Shown: positions 1 to 10,123, counted from the stretch's first letter. The stretch: 64,000 bases of DNA from Fibrobacteria bacterium (GCA_037447435.1 JBBIGR010000014.1:1-64000); one strand, 5' to 3'. Program-made: numbers and translations. Notes: generated by a model from the sequence alone, not told the origin.

Positions 1-119
1 CGGTGTTACTTAGCACAGAGCATTAAATGGTCTCATTAATATAGTCAGAGAGGGCTGCTTCAATTACGGGGCAACCTCAATCAGCCTCATTATACCTTGG
101 TCAATCAGCATCCTTTACC

Positions 120-1340
120 GTGAATGCAGCGGGCAATCCTGCTCCTACCTATCAATGGAAGAAAAACGGGCAAATTCTTTCGGGACAAACAAACAGTTCA
201 CTTAATATTTCTGCCGCAGCGGTAAACGACAGTGGAAAATATACCGTTGATATTAGCAATACCGTTGATGGAAACCTGTATACTAGTACCAGTAGTCCGG
301 CAAAGTTTTATGCAGTTGTTACACAAGTAGCCTCCAGTGCAGATGCAGATTTTAGCCTCTTTTTGAAAAGTGATGGTTCTGCATGGGGCTGTGGAAGGAA
401 TAATTACGGCCAATTAGGAGACGGAACCACAAACGATCACCACAGTCCTTTTCAAATCATGTCAGATATAAAATTTATCGCAGCAGGCCAATACCATAGT
501 TTATTCGTAACTACAAGCGGAATCCTCTGGGCATGCGGCTATAATGCAGCCGGGCAATTGGGCATTGGAAGTACCACGGATCAGCATTCGCCTGTACAGG
601 TCATGTCAAATGTTAAAACTGTTGCAGCCGGTGATGTCCATACAATTATTCTCAGATCCGATGGATTTGTATTGGGCTGCGGCTCTACCGGCCCTGGTTC
701 ACTTGGGCTGCCTGCAGGTCCGCCTTATACCTCTCCAACTCAAATTACATATAATATCCAGAAGATTGCTGCCAGTAGCTATCAAAGTTTCTTTTTAGAT
801 AATGGAGGAACCCTTTATGGTTGCGGATTAAACACTTATGGAATGCTTGGTAATGGCACAACGACCAATGCAACTAACCTTATTTCAATTCTTAGTGGGG
901 CAAAAGATGTTGCTGTGGGACAAAATCATACACTTATCCTGAAAACCGGAGGTGATCTTTGGGGCTGCGGATTAAATAATCAAGGACAACTTTGTGATGG
1001 CACCAGTGTAAGTCCAAGAACTTCTCCTATTTTAGCAGTTGCTTCTAACGTGCAAGGCATTGCTGCTGGACAGGCTCATAGCCTTGTTATTAAATCGGAT
1101 GGAAATCTATGGGCTGGCGGAAATGATAATTATGCTCAACTAGCAGATGGAAAGAACGTACCCTATTGGCTGTGGAAACAATCTTTAATTTCAAATGCCT
1201 CGATTGTCGCAGCTGGGGCTTCACACAGCATTATAGTGAAAAATGATGGAACTGTGTGGATGTGTGGTGATAACACCTATGGCCAACTAGGAGATGGAAC
1301 AACCGCTTTTGTGACCGGTCCTGAACAAATTGTTTTTTAA
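120..1340 (+). CDS. Ig-like domain + RCC1/BLIP-II-type beta-propeller repeat protein (apparently 5'-truncated)
   Basis: Ig motifs PTYQWKKNG...DSGKYTV, then about 6-7 repeats like LKSDGSAWGCGRNNYGQLGDG / AAGxxHSL. The frame stays open back to a TAG at 42-44; no signal peptide or RBS is seen. Confidence 0.85.
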   Translation: MNAAGNPAPTYQWKKNGQILSGQTNSSLNISAAAVNDSGKYTVDISNTVDGNLYTSTSSPAKFYAVVTQVASSADADFSLFLKSDGSAWGCGRNNYGQLGDGTTNDHHSPFQIMSDIKFIAAGQYHSLFVTTSGILWACGYNAAGQLGIGSTTDQHSPVQVMSNVKTVAAGDVHTIILRSDGFVLGCGSTGPGSLGLPAGPPYTSPTQITYNIQKIAASSYQSFFLDNGGTLYGCGLNTYGMLGNGTTTNATNLISILSGAKDVAVGQNHTLILKTGGDLWGCGLNNQGQLCDGTSVSPRTSPILAVASNVQGIAAGQAHSLVIKSDGNLWAGGNDNYAQLADGKNVPYWLWKQSLISNASIVAAGASHSIIVKNDGTVWMCGDNTYGQLGDGTTAFVTGPEQIVF

Positions 1341-1718
1341 CCTAAGCGTGAAAGCAGATAGAGACACCATATTATTGACAAAATGCCTGATGAAATTCGT
1401 TCCTTTTTTATGGAAAAATATAAAAATTTATATTAGTTACTGAAGCATATCTTGTTTTAAGAAGTGTGCCCTAAAAGAAATATGAAATATTGTATATGAC
1501 TTTTCTTTAAAACCTATCTTACTCCTTTGATTTTTTTCTTTGAATAAGCAGTAAAAATACTTTTTGCAATTTTACTGCCTGCTTCTTTAAAAAAATCAAT
1601 ACTTTCTTTAAAAATTATCAACCAGAATCATTGCAGCTATGATATCTTATTAACAATAAGAGTGAATTCTATTTTCTTGCGCTTATTCAATTCAACAGTT
1701 TAAGATCGGAGGATTCCT

Positions 1719-4283
1719 ATGATTCATCGTTTGGCATCAATCCTGGTTTTCCTATCTTTGTTTTCAACACTTAATGCAGCTGACTATTGTTTCCCATCCC
1801 CAAATCCTCCGGCAAATCTTTCCCCCTCGCAGGTTAAACAATTTGTGACCCTTATTTTTGACGATTGCCAATATTCAGGGGAAATTGGAACTCAGTATGA
1901 GGATACTGCTGTTTGGACCTATCCTCCTGCAGATAATTATAAACGAAGTGGGTTTGTCGGAGGAGTTCACCCTGATCTTGATCCTTATTTTAAGGGAGCC
2001 AATCCTTTAAATCTCACAGTTGGTGATTTCGGTATCAGCTGGGCAGAAGGACCTCTTGCTGGAATTCGGCCCCCTGTTGCCAAAGATTTTGATTCCAAAG
2101 TAACATCATACTCAATGGCCGATAGTGTTGTGTATCATGACACTCTCTGGAAATCTTCGGCATGGATGAGTAGCCCTATTCCAACGCCATCTGCTTTGCC
2201 GCCGGCAAATTCATGGGATCCTCACTGGATTGTTGTTTCCACGGTAGATAAAAGTCTTACCCGCAAAAATCCCGATGGTACACCGATTCACTTTACCTTT
2301 AATTTCATCTCTGGTCTTTTTATCCCTATTTGGGGACCGGATTGGACAGCATATCAATCCAAGCTTGGTTTTTGGGTTCCAAAACCGATCGATAGTATGA
2401 GTCAGACAAAAGTTGCTGTTGCATGGGGACGCGAACAGGCAGCCGGAACATTGGAAGGCGATAGTTCATTGTCCAGACCTTTCATTCTCCACAGTGCACT
2501 GAGGGCCATTGCCAACGGCCATGAAATCGGTAACCACACAATTGACCATATGGAAACAAATTCTCCGTTGCCAAAAAGCTATTTCGACAATTGGGGCGGA
2601 TCCGGTTGGGATGCTACGGGAATCGATACAATGCCCTGGGGAGAAGTGGTCAGCGAAGCGACTCAGTTTGGCGAACGGGTCGGGATGTCGGCACAAAGTA
2701 TGGGCTGGAAATACGATGCGGGCCAAATGCTGACTCCACAAGCATGGAAAGGGCTTGTCTCTTTGGGTGAACTTCAACTTAATTCATTTCTTGGCGTTTC
2801 GGTTGCAAAAGGCAATCTTCATTCCTTTCGTGCTCCTCGACTTGAGACGAATTCCGGTGAATTTTATGCACTTAAGGAACTCGGGTATGAATACGATTGC
2901 GGCATAGAAGAAGGGTATGAAGAAAACGTCAACGGCACAAATTTCGTGTGGCCCTATACAACAGATAACGGATCAATCAACTCATATACCCAAAAATTGA
3001 ACGATGAGCATGTGTATCTCGATTCAATGCCCACTGGGGTATGGGAAATTCCGGTCAACTGCGTGATTGTTCCGCCGGCATTGCGGCCTGCGATTTTCAG
3101 CAAGTACCGGCAAATAAGCGCAGGATCGGTCGACGGCGACTGGACGAAAAACCCAGCAACGGTCTTACAGGATTCTCTCGATTGGGTCAAAGGTATTAAC
3201 GGCGGTAAGATAACGTGTTTCGACTTCAACTTGTTCATCCTTTATGGATTGACAAAAGATGAATTCGTTCAAACGATGGTGTACAATTTGAAACAGCGTA
3301 TGGCCGGGGGCAAGGCGCCGTTTCAGTACGGATGTCACCCGGATTACTATACGCCGATTTACGACAACGGAACATTGCAAAACAATTTCAATAAAGACAG
3401 TTACGGTTTAGTAGTATCAAAGGGCTGGAATACCTGGAAAGACCGCAAAGCCGCCGTTGAAGCATTTGTCGATTCCGCACTTGCTTTAGGCGCTTATGTA
3501 GTAAACGGCCATGAGCTTATCAATCAGATGCGCGCTCTCCAATTACAGGATAAACCCGGATCTCCGATCGCGTTTACCCCGTCGTGGACATATCAAAAAT
3601 GGGTCGGCGCCCCGACATCGTCGGTTGCAAGCGCACAGGGAAACCTTGCCGCAAGTATTACCTTTGCCGATTCCAGCGACGATTGCGGCTTCCTTGCACC
3701 GGTGACTGCGGGCGCATTTACCAACCTCGACCACATATCTTTGACATACAAGACAAACGCGCCGTTGAAATTGAAACTTGTTCTCAGCGGGAATAATAAT
3801 TCCTACGATGTGCTGCTTAATAATTTAGGCCCCACAACCCAGAGCGGGAACATTCCTCTTTCCGCCTTCCAGAAGGACTCGATGGGGTACAGTCTGTTGC
3901 CTGCAGGGGAGAAAATTATTGGCGTTGAAATTTCGCCGCAGAACATGGGAAAAGCGCCGGCCCAGTTCTCCATTTCAAATCTGTCTTTCTTGAATGGAAC
4001 GGTAGGCGTCAAAAACAATATGATGTCCGTAATCGCCGGTCCCTCCCTCGGCCATATCAATGCCAAGCGATTCATGCTCTATTCTCCGGCAGCCGCTCAT
4101 TATACGGCAGCGCTTTATTCAATGAACGGACAGCGCATCCAGTATATCAATTTCGCCGCAAAGGCAGGACAGAACAGGGTCGAATTCCATACGGCATTGA
4201 CGCCGGCGAATTATATCGTGAAAATTGCGGACGAACAGGGTAGAAATATCGCCTGTAAAACGGTGGCGATTTGCGGCTTGTAA
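1719..4283 (+). CDS. Secreted polysaccharide deacetylase (CE4/NodB-like) with accessory domains and a T9SS-like C-terminal domain
   Basis: Sec signal peptide; motifs TLIFDD, HEIGNHTIDH, FRAPRLE, WEIPV, HPDYY; GGAGG RBS; CTD-like tail (LYSMNGQRI...YIVKI). Confidence 0.8.
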   Translation: MIHRLASILVFLSLFSTLNAADYCFPSPNPPANLSPSQVKQFVTLIFDDCQYSGEIGTQYEDTAVWTYPPADNYKRSGFVGGVHPDLDPYFKGANPLNLTVGDFGISWAEGPLAGIRPPVAKDFDSKVTSYSMADSVVYHDTLWKSSAWMSSPIPTPSALPPANSWDPHWIVVSTVDKSLTRKNPDGTPIHFTFNFISGLFIPIWGPDWTAYQSKLGFWVPKPIDSMSQTKVAVAWGREQAAGTLEGDSSLSRPFILHSALRAIANGHEIGNHTIDHMETNSPLPKSYFDNWGGSGWDATGIDTMPWGEVVSEATQFGERVGMSAQSMGWKYDAGQMLTPQAWKGLVSLGELQLNSFLGVSVAKGNLHSFRAPRLETNSGEFYALKELGYEYDCGIEEGYEENVNGTNFVWPYTTDNGSINSYTQKLNDEHVYLDSMPTGVWEIPVNCVIVPPALRPAIFSKYRQISAGSVDGDWTKNPATVLQDSLDWVKGINGGKITCFDFNLFILYGLTKDEFVQTMVYNLKQRMAGGKAPFQYGCHPDYYTPIYDNGTLQNNFNKDSYGLVVSKGWNTWKDRKAAVEAFVDSALALGAYVVNGHELINQMRALQLQDKPGSPIAFTPSWTYQKWVGAPTSSVASAQGNLAASITFADSSDDCGFLAPVTAGAFTNLDHISLTYKTNAPLKLKLVLSGNNNSYDVLLNNLGPTTQSGNIPLSAFQKDSMGYSLLPAGEKIIGVEISPQNMGKAPAQFSISNLSFLNGTVGVKNNMMSVIAGPSLGHINAKRFMLYSPAAAHYTAALYSMNGQRIQYINFAAKAGQNRVEFHTALTPANYIVKIADEQGRNIACKTVAICGL

Positions 4284-4306
4284 TATTGTATCTAGTTTTG
4301 TAAATT

Positions 4307-4343
4307 AAAAAAGGCTCCAATCCGTACGGATTGGAGCCTTTTT
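4307..4343. terminator. Bidirectional intrinsic terminator
   Basis: AAAAAAGGCTCCAATCC-GTAC-GGATTGGAGCCTTTTT between convergent genes. Confidence 0.85.
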
Positions 4344-4360
4344 CTTTCAAGAAAAGAACG

Positions 4361-6478
4361 TTATCGGGGAGTCGCGTCCGGCAATCCGCCGTCTACCGGT
4401 ATTGTTGCTCCGGTTGTCGGGGTTTGATGCGTAACGAAAAACAAAACAGCCTTTGCCACATGGCGGGCAGTAACTCTCGCCTTCAACAAATTCCTGCTTT
4501 GATAATATTCTTCCAATCCTTTTTCGCTCAGACCTCGCGCTTTCATTCTGTCTGGCCCGACTTTGGCCCATAATCCCGATTTTGTTTCCCCGTGCGAAAA
4601 AACCGCATCCGGAGAAACCATATTGACACGAACATTCATATCGGCAAATTCGAGACTCGCAATTCGCGCAAGCTGATGCGATGCGGCTTTCGTGGCGCTA
4701 TATGCACCGAATTTTGCGCCGGGAGCGAACACGTTTTTAGTTGATACAAGAACAATATCCCCGCCCATATTTTGCAAGCGGAAACAGCGACCAGCTTCGG
4801 CAAGCATAAGCAAAGTACCTTCCACATTGACGCGTTCAAGCCGTTGGAAGGCTTCCATATCAAGGTCGACAAGGGGCGCCACATGCGCAAGCCCTGCATT
4901 GACAACGACAATATCTACACCGCCGAAACGATTTACCACGGTTTCAAATGCCGAAGAAACCGATGCTTTATTCGTCACGTCAAGCGGAACGCCGATAACG
5001 CGGTTTCCGTATATTCCGCTGAGAGTGCGGGTCATGGAGTTGAGATTGTCGCCAGCAAGATCGGTCACCGCAACATGACAGCCCGAAGCGAGCAATTCAT
5101 CGCAAATACCCGAGCCGATAGCGCCTGCCGCGCCGGTCACGATGGCCACTTTGCCCCGTAGCGGCAAGGATTCTTTATTGGTAACTTTTGCAACTTGAAA
5201 CGCCCTGAATTCCATATCGAATATATGGTCCTCAGACAAACCCGCATAGCCGCCGTTTGTTTGATAAATGGCTATTTTCGTTTGCATCGCCTGCAAAACG
5301 ATGTCCCGAACGATGCAGGCTTTTTCAAAATCATGACCTATGCAAACCGCACCCATTCCCGGCAACAAAACCACTCGGGGTAAAAGATCCAAACCTTCCG
5401 CATGGAAAGAAGGAATTTGCGAGGCATATTTTTTCATATACGATTCATAGGAAGAGGAATATCCGCTCAAAGCCGCGTCCAGGGTTTCTTTTAAAGCAAC
5501 GATATTGCCGTAGTCAGGATTTTCCACAAATAAAGGAACCGATTTTGCCCTTACCAAATAATCCGGCGTAATGGCCGAAGAACAGGCAATTTCTTTCGCT
5601 TTTTCATGCGAAAGCAAACCGAGGATTTCTTTCGAGATAAGCGGCACAAGAATCATTGGCGAATAAGGATTATCCTGATCATTCGTTTTCGGCGATACGA
5701 GCCCGCGAAGCATTGGCGCGATAGCGGCATACCGGGCACGGGCAATTTCGATGTCCGTGTCCGAAGAAACTGAAATTGTCATGTTCATTTTTGCGTTGAG
5801 ATATTGCTGAGCTTTATCGACAATGTCGATAGTTTTTTCATACGCCTCTTTCGCGGTATTCCCCCAGGTAACGAGGCCGTGATGGGAAATAAGTATTCCT
5901 TTTGCATTCGCATTGTTCATAAGCGCCGTAAAAACCGATTTCGCAAGAGAAAGCCCGGAACTCGCATATTCGATGAAGCACACATTGTTTTTACCGCAGG
6001 CGTCGGCTACCGCTTCGGCGCCGTTTTTCCTATTCGTAAGTGCCAAAAGCGCCGTCGGATGCGTATGCACAATACAAGGCCGGTCAATAAATACGTGCAT
6101 CAGCGTTTCGATAGACGGTAGCTTATCGGACGAAGCGAGCATGCTCGATTTGAATTCATTCGCCATTGCGGCATCGTCTATGGATTCAAGAATGGAAAGT
6201 TTTTTTAAACGGCCATGGTCAAGACATACAAAACCGGAATCGTCGATGGTTTTCATATCGACACCCGAGGCCTTGACATAAATGGCTTCGACCGTTTCCC
6301 CGACTACTGTGGTGACATTGGATTTAAAGGAAGTATTTCCACCGCCGTGCAATGCCAAATCCGGTTCATTGCCTATAAGCTGCGTGACATAGAGCATTTC
6401 ACCGAAAGCGCGGCCGAAATCCATTTCGAATTGCTGGGATTTTTCTTTAGACTTCGATTCATTCCATTTACTAACCAT
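4361..6478 (-). CDS. Bifunctional class II aldolase / short-chain dehydrogenase (rhamnulose-1-phosphate aldolase/SDR family)
   Basis: N-terminal GGGNTSFK, VKASG, PSIETLMH, HTH, HHGLVTWG; C-terminal SDR TGAAGAIG, NAG, YSATK. Start placed at the ATG at 6478 (MVSKW) rather than the ORF-track 6553. Confidence 0.88.
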   Translation of the reverse strand: MVSKWNESKSKEKSQQFEMDFGRAFGEMLYVTQLIGNEPDLALHGGGNTSFKSNVTTVVGETVEAIYVKASGVDMKTIDDSGFVCLDHGRLKKLSILESIDDAAMANEFKSSMLASSDKLPSIETLMHVFIDRPCIVHTHPTALLALTNRKNGAEAVADACGKNNVCFIEYASSGLSLAKSVFTALMNNANAKGILISHHGLVTWGNTAKEAYEKTIDIVDKAQQYLNAKMNMTISVSSDTDIEIARARYAAIAPMLRGLVSPKTNDQDNPYSPMILVPLISKEILGLLSHEKAKEIACSSAITPDYLVRAKSVPLFVENPDYGNIVALKETLDAALSGYSSSYESYMKKYASQIPSFHAEGLDLLPRVVLLPGMGAVCIGHDFEKACIVRDIVLQAMQTKIAIYQTNGGYAGLSEDHIFDMEFRAFQVAKVTNKESLPLRGKVAIVTGAAGAIGSGICDELLASGCHVAVTDLAGDNLNSMTRTLSGIYGNRVIGVPLDVTNKASVSSAFETVVNRFGGVDIVVVNAGLAHVAPLVDLDMEAFQRLERVNVEGTLLMLAEAGRCFRLQNMGGDIVLVSTKNVFAPGAKFGAYSATKAASHQLARIASLEFADMNVRVNMVSPDAVFSHGETKSGLWAKVGPDRMKARGLSEKGLEEYYQSRNLLKARVTARHVAKAVLFFVTHQTPTTGATIPVDGGLPDATPR

Positions 6479-6549
6479 AATGTCTGATATGATTCCTTCT
6501 ATAAAACATTTCTTTTGTAAATTCTTCTTTTTTTTGCCTGGTTCTAACT

Positions 6550-7260
6550 TCAAGGTTTCATGGAATCGAGATTCTTGTCTATCGTACCGTTTTCAAAAAT
6601 TGCGCTGCCGCTCACAACAATATCGGGGTTCATCGCCCATACTTGCGCAATAGTATCCCTCGATATGCCGCCGTCGACGCAAAGCAGTATCTGGCGGCCG
6701 CTTTCGGCAATGAGGCGCCTGATGCTTTCCACCCGTTGCGATGTGTTGGCAGACAGCTTTTGTCCCGGGAACCCCGGGTTTATGGCAACAACAGTAACAA
6801 TGTCGGTTTCGTCAAGGAGCGGCCGAAGGTCGCAAAGTGCAGTTCCGGGATTCACTGCCAAGCCGCGCAATATTCCACGAGAAGGATCGTTCGCGTTTTT
6901 CAAAGTACCGATCAACTGCAAACAGGCCTTTACATGGATGCAGGATTCCACATGTACGGTAATTATATCCGCACCCGCATTTGAAAAAAGGGGAATAGAT
7001 GCATAGGGGTCCGACACCATGAGATGCACGTCTTTGAACATGCGGGTTTTTAGCCCTTTGACAAATAACGGTCCGACAGTGATTTGCGGTACAAAATGCC
7101 CGTCCATGATGTCGAAATGCAACAAGGATACGTTATTTTGCTCAAGAAGGGATATATCGGGCGCCATTGCCATAAGGTTAGCGCTGATTGCCCCGACGCT
7201 CAAAGCCGGACAGACATTTTTTATTTGTGCAAAAACGGGCGGATTCTCCACGGTAAACAC
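6550..7260 (-). CDS. Ribulose-phosphate 3-epimerase family protein (LsrE-like)
   Basis: HFDIMDGHFVPQITVG, DVHLMV, VDGGI, VSGSAIF; lies directly downstream of lsrF. Confidence 0.85.
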   Translation of the reverse strand: MFTVENPPVFAQIKNVCPALSVGAISANLMAMAPDISLLEQNNVSLLHFDIMDGHFVPQITVGPLFVKGLKTRMFKDVHLMVSDPYASIPLFSNAGADIITVHVESCIHVKACLQLIGTLKNANDPSRGILRGLAVNPGTALCDLRPLLDETDIVTVVAINPGFPGQKLSANTSQRVESIRRLIAESGRQILLCVDGGISRDTIAQVWAMNPDIVVSGSAIFENGTIDKNLDSMKP

Positions 7261-7263
7261 CCC

Positions 7264-8142
7264 TTATTTTTTATTTCGTAAATCATTGTATAATTCGAAC
7301 GCCAGTTGCGGCTTCATGTTTTCATGCACGACTTTTCGAACCGCTTTTATCATTGCAACGGGAGAGTCGGACTGGAAAATATTTCTGCCCATATCGACGC
7401 CCGCAGCTCCCTGGTTAATGGCGTCGTACGCCATTTTCAGGGCATCGAGTTCAGGAAGCTTTTTGCCGCCCGCGATGACAACTGGCACGGGGCATGATGC
7501 GGTCACTGTTTCAAACTCCTCAACGAAATAGGTTTTCACAAATGTTGCACCCAGTTCGGCGCACATACGGGTCGCCAGGCGGATGTATTTCGCATCGCGA
7601 ACAAGTTCCTTGCCCACCGCGGTCACTCCCAGAACGGGCATTCCTACTTTGTTACCCGCATCCACCAGCGCGGTGAGGTTCATTATCGATTGCGTTTCAA
7701 ATTCACCGCCCACAAAAACCTGTGTCGCCACGGCACAGGCATTTACCCGGAGCGCATCATCCATATCCATCGCGATATGCTCGTTCGACAGTTCTTTAAG
7801 TATGCTCGGGCCGCCGCTTGCACGAAGCACCGTGGCTTTAGTCAAAGACGGCGGGATAACCGAGCGAAGAATACCTCTTGTCAACATGAGCGCATCCGCG
7901 TGCGGAGCAAGCGGCAAAATAGTGATATCGGGCCGTTCGAGTCCGGTTGTCGGGCCTTGAAAATAGCCGTGATCAAAAGCGAGCATCACGGCTTTCCCCG
8001 AAGCCGGATTAAAAATACGGGATAGTCTATTCTTCATTCCCCAATCATACGAATTCGAACCTTTCAGGAAAAAAAGTTCGTTTTTCTGGGGCACATCGAG
8101 GTAATAATTCTTTTCAGCTTTAAGTGAATCTGCTTCGGGCAT
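7264..8142 (-). CDS. lsrF: LsrF-type class I aldolase-fold thiolase (3-hydroxy-5-phosphonooxypentane-2,4-dione thiolase family)
   Basis: [66 protein letters not shown]. Confidence 0.9.
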   Translation of the reverse strand: MPEADSLKAEKNYYLDVPQKNELFFLKGSNSYDWGMKNRLSRIFNPASGKAVMLAFDHGYFQGPTTGLERPDITILPLAPHADALMLTRGILRSVIPPSLTKATVLRASGGPSILKELSNEHIAMDMDDALRVNACAVATQVFVGGEFETQSIMNLTALVDAGNKVGMPVLGVTAVGKELVRDAKYIRLATRMCAELGATFVKTYFVEEFETVTASCPVPVVIAGGKKLPELDALKMAYDAINQGAAGVDMGRNIFQSDSPVAMIKAVRKVVHENMKPQLAFELYNDLRNKK

Positions 8143-8232
8143 TTAAGGCTCCTTTTCTTATGTCCATGGAATGATTTTATTTCATTTTATGTTTTGAGCC
8201 TTTTAAAATAGCCTTTGCAAGGACAAAATCTT

Positions 8233-8328
8233 AAAAAAAAAAACCGTTTCTGAAGCGAAGCTCCACCGATTTTCTTCGGGGAAGTTCCGAGGAGAGGTAA
8301 TGATGTCTCCAGAAACGGCGTTTTTTTT
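8233..8328. terminator. Long-loop inverted repeat flanked by A/T tracts (probable terminator of the VIT-domain gene, or a structured RNA)
   Basis: A11-CCGTTTCTG (8244-8252) ... CAGAAACGG (8310-8318)-CG-T8, with inner stems. Confidence 0.5.
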
Positions 8329-8352
8329 ACGATTTGTATGTAAATCGAATTT

Positions 8353-9948
8353 CTATTTCACGATAACTTTTTTCTGAACAATCTCGGATCCCACCTGAAC
8401 ACGCATGATGAACATCCCTTTGCATCCGGAATTCAAGGGTACATGTGCAAAGTGCCCCGACACGGAAACCCTATCCCAACGTTGAATAATTTTTCCGCTC
8501 AAATCTATGAGCGTCGCCTTTACGGGTGCATTTATGTTTTGTCCGAAATCTATACATACTCGGTTTCCCGCCTGCATTATTATTTTCATGGCTTTGGCCA
8601 ATTCTTTCATCGTCACTTTTACGGATGTAAACTCGAACATGATATTTTCTTTGGGCGCAAGGGGAAGATCGGATGCCTTGACAATGATCTCTTGGGGAAG
8701 CAACGAAGGCACACCGGCATCGGTCCATTGCAACGCATCTGCTGCACTCAAAGTGTCTTTTTCAAGTGCAAGAAGACTCATTCTGCTGTCAACATACCCA
8801 AAAAGAGCACCAAGGCTCCCCGCTCCTTGTGACAGGGTATATTTGGTGCCCCAAAATAATGGGAGTAAGGCATTGGACGGTGAAGAAGTATCCGGCTTGA
8901 TTACTTGAGTAAATGTTGCCATCGAATTGCCGTTTTTATCGTAAACGTTCCAATAAATTTTCCTATCCCAGGGAACTGAAGATTTGATATACACCCCAAA
9001 ACATCCCTTATACGGCAAATCCGCCACATATGCCTTTTCGCCTGCCACGATTTTTGTTTCCAACGTGTATGACGATAGTGCCAATTCCCGCAGAATGCCG
9101 ACCAACGTATCGGGTACCGTCGAAAAAATGACGCTGTAATTTCCCGCTGCTTTCGTCGAATCGAGCGTATAACAATACGCCTTGTTGAAGCTTGACGTAT
9201 CAGGAGCAATGGATATTGCCGCTGAGGACAGGAAATAATTCCAATCGTCTGTTGTTTGCGAAACGAAATCGGCATACGGGAGCTCATAGGTGACGCCGAA
9301 TTGCACCGTTTTTTTTGTATCGCCATGAGTCAGGATGTAATTGCCGAATGCGTTAGACGATTTACGGATTTCAATTGGAATTTGGACCGGCGAATGAGCG
9401 GCGCCGAAAGTAAACGCCGTTTTTATGTTAAATTTTGGTCCGATGTCCGTCGCTAGCAACGGCACGGAGTACAGGATGCGAATTTTCCTTGATTGATTAA
9501 TGTTGACCGGGTAGATATGGAATTGATATGTATTATCACCCGTGCATTCGATGAGCGCCGGATCGTGAGCCACGATTTGGGGTTGATTACGGTCTACCGT
9601 CGCATTATAAGCACTGTCGGCCGCAATCCGGTCCCGCAGTTTAGCCTTGAGAACTTTGGACCCATTCCATAATAGAAACGATCGCAATGCGGTCCCCGGC
9701 GTAAACTGAAAATCTCCGACTATTTCCAACGTTGTCGCATCACCCCATGAAACAGAGCCGAGAGCAGTTATGGTCGCATCTTCTTCAATATCAACATTAA
9801 ACGCATTTATCGTGATCCTAATATTGTTTGATTCGAGTTTACACTCGCCATTACCCCAACCGCCATGGGTCACTTGCCAATATGTATTCGGTGTTGCAAA
9901 CTGTGCACAGAGGAGCACTAAAAAAGCAACCGCTGATGGTACCCTCAT
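8353..9948 (-). CDS. Secreted VIT (vault/inter-alpha-trypsin)-like domain protein with T9SS-like CTD
   Basis: Signal peptide; LEIVGDFQF...LLWNGSKVLKAKL...DPALIE...FHIYPV...RKIRILY resembles VIT; tail IDLSGKII...GMFIMRV...QKKVIVK; AAGGAGG RBS. Confidence 0.6.
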   Translation of the reverse strand: MRVPSAVAFLVLLCAQFATPNTYWQVTHGGWGNGECKLESNNIRITINAFNVDIEEDATITALGSVSWGDATTLEIVGDFQFTPGTALRSFLLWNGSKVLKAKLRDRIAADSAYNATVDRNQPQIVAHDPALIECTGDNTYQFHIYPVNINQSRKIRILYSVPLLATDIGPKFNIKTAFTFGAAHSPVQIPIEIRKSSNAFGNYILTHGDTKKTVQFGVTYELPYADFVSQTTDDWNYFLSSAAISIAPDTSSFNKAYCYTLDSTKAAGNYSVIFSTVPDTLVGILRELALSSYTLETKIVAGEKAYVADLPYKGCFGVYIKSSVPWDRKIYWNVYDKNGNSMATFTQVIKPDTSSPSNALLPLFWGTKYTLSQGAGSLGALFGYVDSRMSLLALEKDTLSAADALQWTDAGVPSLLPQEIIVKASDLPLAPKENIMFEFTSVKVTMKELAKAMKIIMQAGNRVCIDFGQNINAPVKATLIDLSGKIIQRWDRVSVSGHFAHVPLNSGCKGMFIMRVQVGSEIVQKKVIVK

Positions 9949-10123
9949 ACCGCCTCCTTTTCGAAAATTGGAATTTGCCTTTTGTTTTGAATGAATGCTT
10001 GGGCTTTATCATCACCAATAAATGTAAGACTGCGCATAGTGCGGTGCCCCATTGCATTGCAAAAAGTGTTTTCTGGCAGAAAACAGCTGGGCTGGAAAAT
10101 GAGTATCAAACAGGCGTTAAGTT

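Noticed and set aside
6479..6553. ORF-track N-terminal extension MKLEPGKKKK... of the aldolase/SDR
   Set aside because: It is translated A-rich intergenic-like sequence; the family-like start is MVSKW. Similar over-extensions were trimmed at 13157, 16512, 20552, 29227, 46069, 47511, 52858 and 56486.
4361..8142. A complete AI-2 quorum-sensing (lsr) system
   Set aside because: No lsrK, lsrR, lsrG or lsrACDB in the window.
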